Positions 24,152 to 25,713 of a stretch of DNA of 25,713 bases are shown here, in pieces. Every line of letters starts with the position of its first letter. The stretch's first letter is position 1. Under the pieces are notes generated by a model that ran no database searches, was not told the origin of the DNA, and saw only the letters and a program-made list of their open reading frames with translations. Source of the stretch: a virus (taxonomy: Duplodnaviria; Caudoviricetes); IMG/VR virus record IMGVR_UViG_3300007640_000209, positions 1-25,713 of that record; one strand, 5' to 3'. Made by a program: the position numbers and the translations under genes.

Positions 24152-24992
24152 CTTCACACCCCAAGCATGGGAATTTCCCGTCGAATCACAGCCTGTTTTT
24201 GACCAGCTAGGCAATCCTATTCAGGGTAGCCAAGCTGTTGTGCGCACTGACACCAATGAAGTGCTCGGTGTGCATGGCTCACGCTATCGTGTGCTTAGCC
24301 ACGATGATGTGGTCAACAGCCTAATGGATGCAGTCAAAGAGTCTGACCTTAGCAGTGACTACAAACTCAAGGTCAAGGTAATCGAGGGTGGTCGTAAACT
24401 TCGAGGTGAAATCTTATTTAATAATATCACCATCGAACCTGCTGTTGGCGACATAGTTCAGTATCGCATCAGCTTCTTCAATAGCTATGATGCAAGCTGG
24501 TCTTTCTCTCAAGCAGCAGATGGCCTGCGCTTGTGGTGTCTCAACGGATGCACAACGCCAATGGGCACTGGCCGTTCTGTCTTCAAGCACACGCAGTCAA
24601 TCAACGTCGAGGGCAGTGCTAAGAAGATAGCTGGTGGGCTCGACACGTTTATGAATAACCGTGAACTGTGGCAGAACTGGATGTCGGTGCATGTCACTGA
24701 CCACATGGCCGAAGCATTCTTCAAAGCAACGATTGCCAAGACAGCATCACGTCAGCAGCTAGTGATGAAGACCAACGAGAAGCAGCTTGAGAATCTGTTG
24801 GCTATCTGGACAGCAGAGAAAGCGCAACTCGGCTCCAACAAGTGGGCTTTGTATAACGCCATGACTTACTGGGCTACGCATACTCAAGACCTCAAGAACC
24901 CAGACGTTGCACGTCGCAATCGCGAAGACGCAATCGCCAAAGCAATGAAGCATGACCGCTTCGAGAACCTAGAACTAGAAGGAATCTTCTAA
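24144..24992 (+). CDS. DUF932/DUF945-family protein
   Basis: 282 aa. AVVRTDTNEVLGVHGSRYRVLSH, FFNSYDAS, RLWCLNG, KHT and WALYNAMTYWATH are the family motifs. Confidence 0.88.
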   Translation: MYDFTPQAWEFPVESQPVFDQLGNPIQGSQAVVRTDTNEVLGVHGSRYRVLSHDDVVNSLMDAVKESDLSSDYKLKVKVIEGGRKLRGEILFNNITIEPAVGDIVQYRISFFNSYDASWSFSQAADGLRLWCLNGCTTPMGTGRSVFKHTQSINVEGSAKKIAGGLDTFMNNRELWQNWMSVHVTDHMAEAFFKATIAKTASRQQLVMKTNEKQLENLLAIWTAEKAQLGSNKWALYNAMTYWATHTQDLKNPDVARRNREDAIAKAMKHDRFENLELEGIF

Positions 24993-25207
24993 TGCATACC
25001 ACACCTCGCATGACTCGTGCTCATTACGAGTTTATCGCAGACACCATTGGGCCACTCGTATCGTGGCCCTCTCACCTACATGTAGTGGCTGACGAACTGG
25101 CAGCTACTAATCCTAGGTTTGACAAAGAAAAGTTTCTGCGTCGTGCAGTCAAAGCATGGGAAGATCGACATGACATTCAAGAAATTGACGACGAAATTCC
25201 ATACTGA
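24992..25207 (+). CDS. Small conserved phage protein (MTRAHYEFIAD...NPRFDKEKF type)
   Basis: 71 aa, TAATG coupling. Confidence 0.8.
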   Translation: MHTTPRMTRAHYEFIADTIGPLVSWPSHLHVVADELAATNPRFDKEKFLRRAVKAWEDRHDIQEIDDEIPY

Positions 25208-25328
25208 ATCATGTCTAGCTTGCGGTGGTGATGGAGGAAGAGTCCATCCCACCCAAGGCGGCTGGGAAAAATGCACTGTGTGCAGCGGCACTCGTAAAAT
25301 TATACAGATCAAAGTGGAGAGCGAATAA
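25170..25328 (+). CDS. Small zinc-finger protein with DnaJ-type CxxCxGxG repeats (52 aa)
   Basis: CLACGGDG ... CTVCSGTR. Confidence 0.7.
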   Translation: MTFKKLTTKFHTESCLACGGDGGRVHPTQGGWEKCTVCSGTRKIIQIKVESE

Positions 25329-25505
25329 ATGCCAAGCCATACTGATTTTAACGATGTCTTAGCCAAGATCGACAGGCACATAGACCACACCATGAACCAC
25401 ATCATTTCTCTTGGCCTTAATGCAGGCGACGAGCGACACTTCATCAAAGTGCTTGAGGATTTGTATCACGATGTCGAAGTATCTCTGGGAGTATATGATG
25501 AGTAA
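25329..25505 (+). CDS. Hypothetical 58-aa His/acidic protein (MPSHTDFNDVLAKIDRHIDHTMNHIISLGLNAGDERHFIKVLEDLYHDVEVSLGVYDE)
   Basis: Below the ORF-track cutoff. SD GGAG upstream; ATG abuts the previous TAA. Confidence 0.7.
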   Translation: MPSHTDFNDVLAKIDRHIDHTMNHIISLGLNAGDERHFIKVLEDLYHDVEVSLGVYDE

Positions 25506-25668
25506 GCTACCTGAAGGCAGACAAGCCCTAAAGAACCCAACAGTCTGGCTTGTGCATGAAGATCAGCTAAAGATTTACAACGAGGGCAAAGTGGTTGCGT
25601 CTATACCTGACCACCAATTCCTCAAGATCATTGCACGATTGTCCTCGTATCTTGACTACAGAGATTGA
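25498..25668 (+). CDS. Hypothetical protein (probable start MSKLPEG, 56 aa)
   Basis: SD GGGAG at 25487-25491; overlaps the upstream stop. Confidence 0.7.
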   Translation: MSKLPEGRQALKNPTVWLVHEDQLKIYNEGKVVASIPDHQFLKIIARLSSYLDYRD

Positions 25669-25669
25669 T

Positions 25670-25687
25670 TGCTGCATCTATGCAGCA
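25670..25687. promoter_or_regulatory. Palindrome TGCTGCAT-CT-ATGCAGCA, candidate operator downstream of TTGACT
   Basis: 8-bp perfect arms. TTGACT at 25652-25657. The palindrome ends on the A of the next ATG. Confidence 0.55.
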
Positions 25688-25713
25688 TGAAATCATATCT
25701 GCAATTACTCGAA
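25687..25713 (+). CDS. Start of a truncated ORF MKSYLQLLE..., possibly a leaderless HTH regulator
   Basis: Only 9 codons are visible and there is no SD. Identity is inferred from promoter/operator context. Confidence 0.4.

Overview
Fragment of a dsDNA tailed podophage (or its prophage) with a T7/BPP-1/HTVC010P-like virion module. An alphaproteobacterial host is inferred from promoter style and gene families. Positions ~1-22330 form a leftward (minus-strand) late operon: terS, a cluster of small basic ORFs with an HNH nuclease, terL, gp7.3-like protein, portal, Bbp19-like protein, scaffold, a relocated gp13-like GNAT, major capsid, tail tubular A/B, three internal virion proteins, a decad-repeat tail fibre, and an Mtd-N/LamG receptor-binding protein that runs off the left edge. 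Positions ~22950-25713 hold rightward small early genes including DUF932. The most unusual signals are non-coding. (1) A ~244-nt rod-like imperfect hairpin ahead of the first early gene assembles TTGCCA-N17-TACGCG over a mismatched -10 and points it at the early genes only when folded, like an Frpo-type single-stranded-DNA promoter; sso-like G/C-run motifs flank it. (2) A 10-mer, TTGTGCGTTG, occurs four times, each upstream of a late module (candidate late promoter or activator site). (3) The major-capsid leader carries two nested copies of one internal loop. (4) C-tracts and a palindrome flank terS (candidate pac site or genome terminus). Family assignments are by motif recognition and synteny only; no database search was run.
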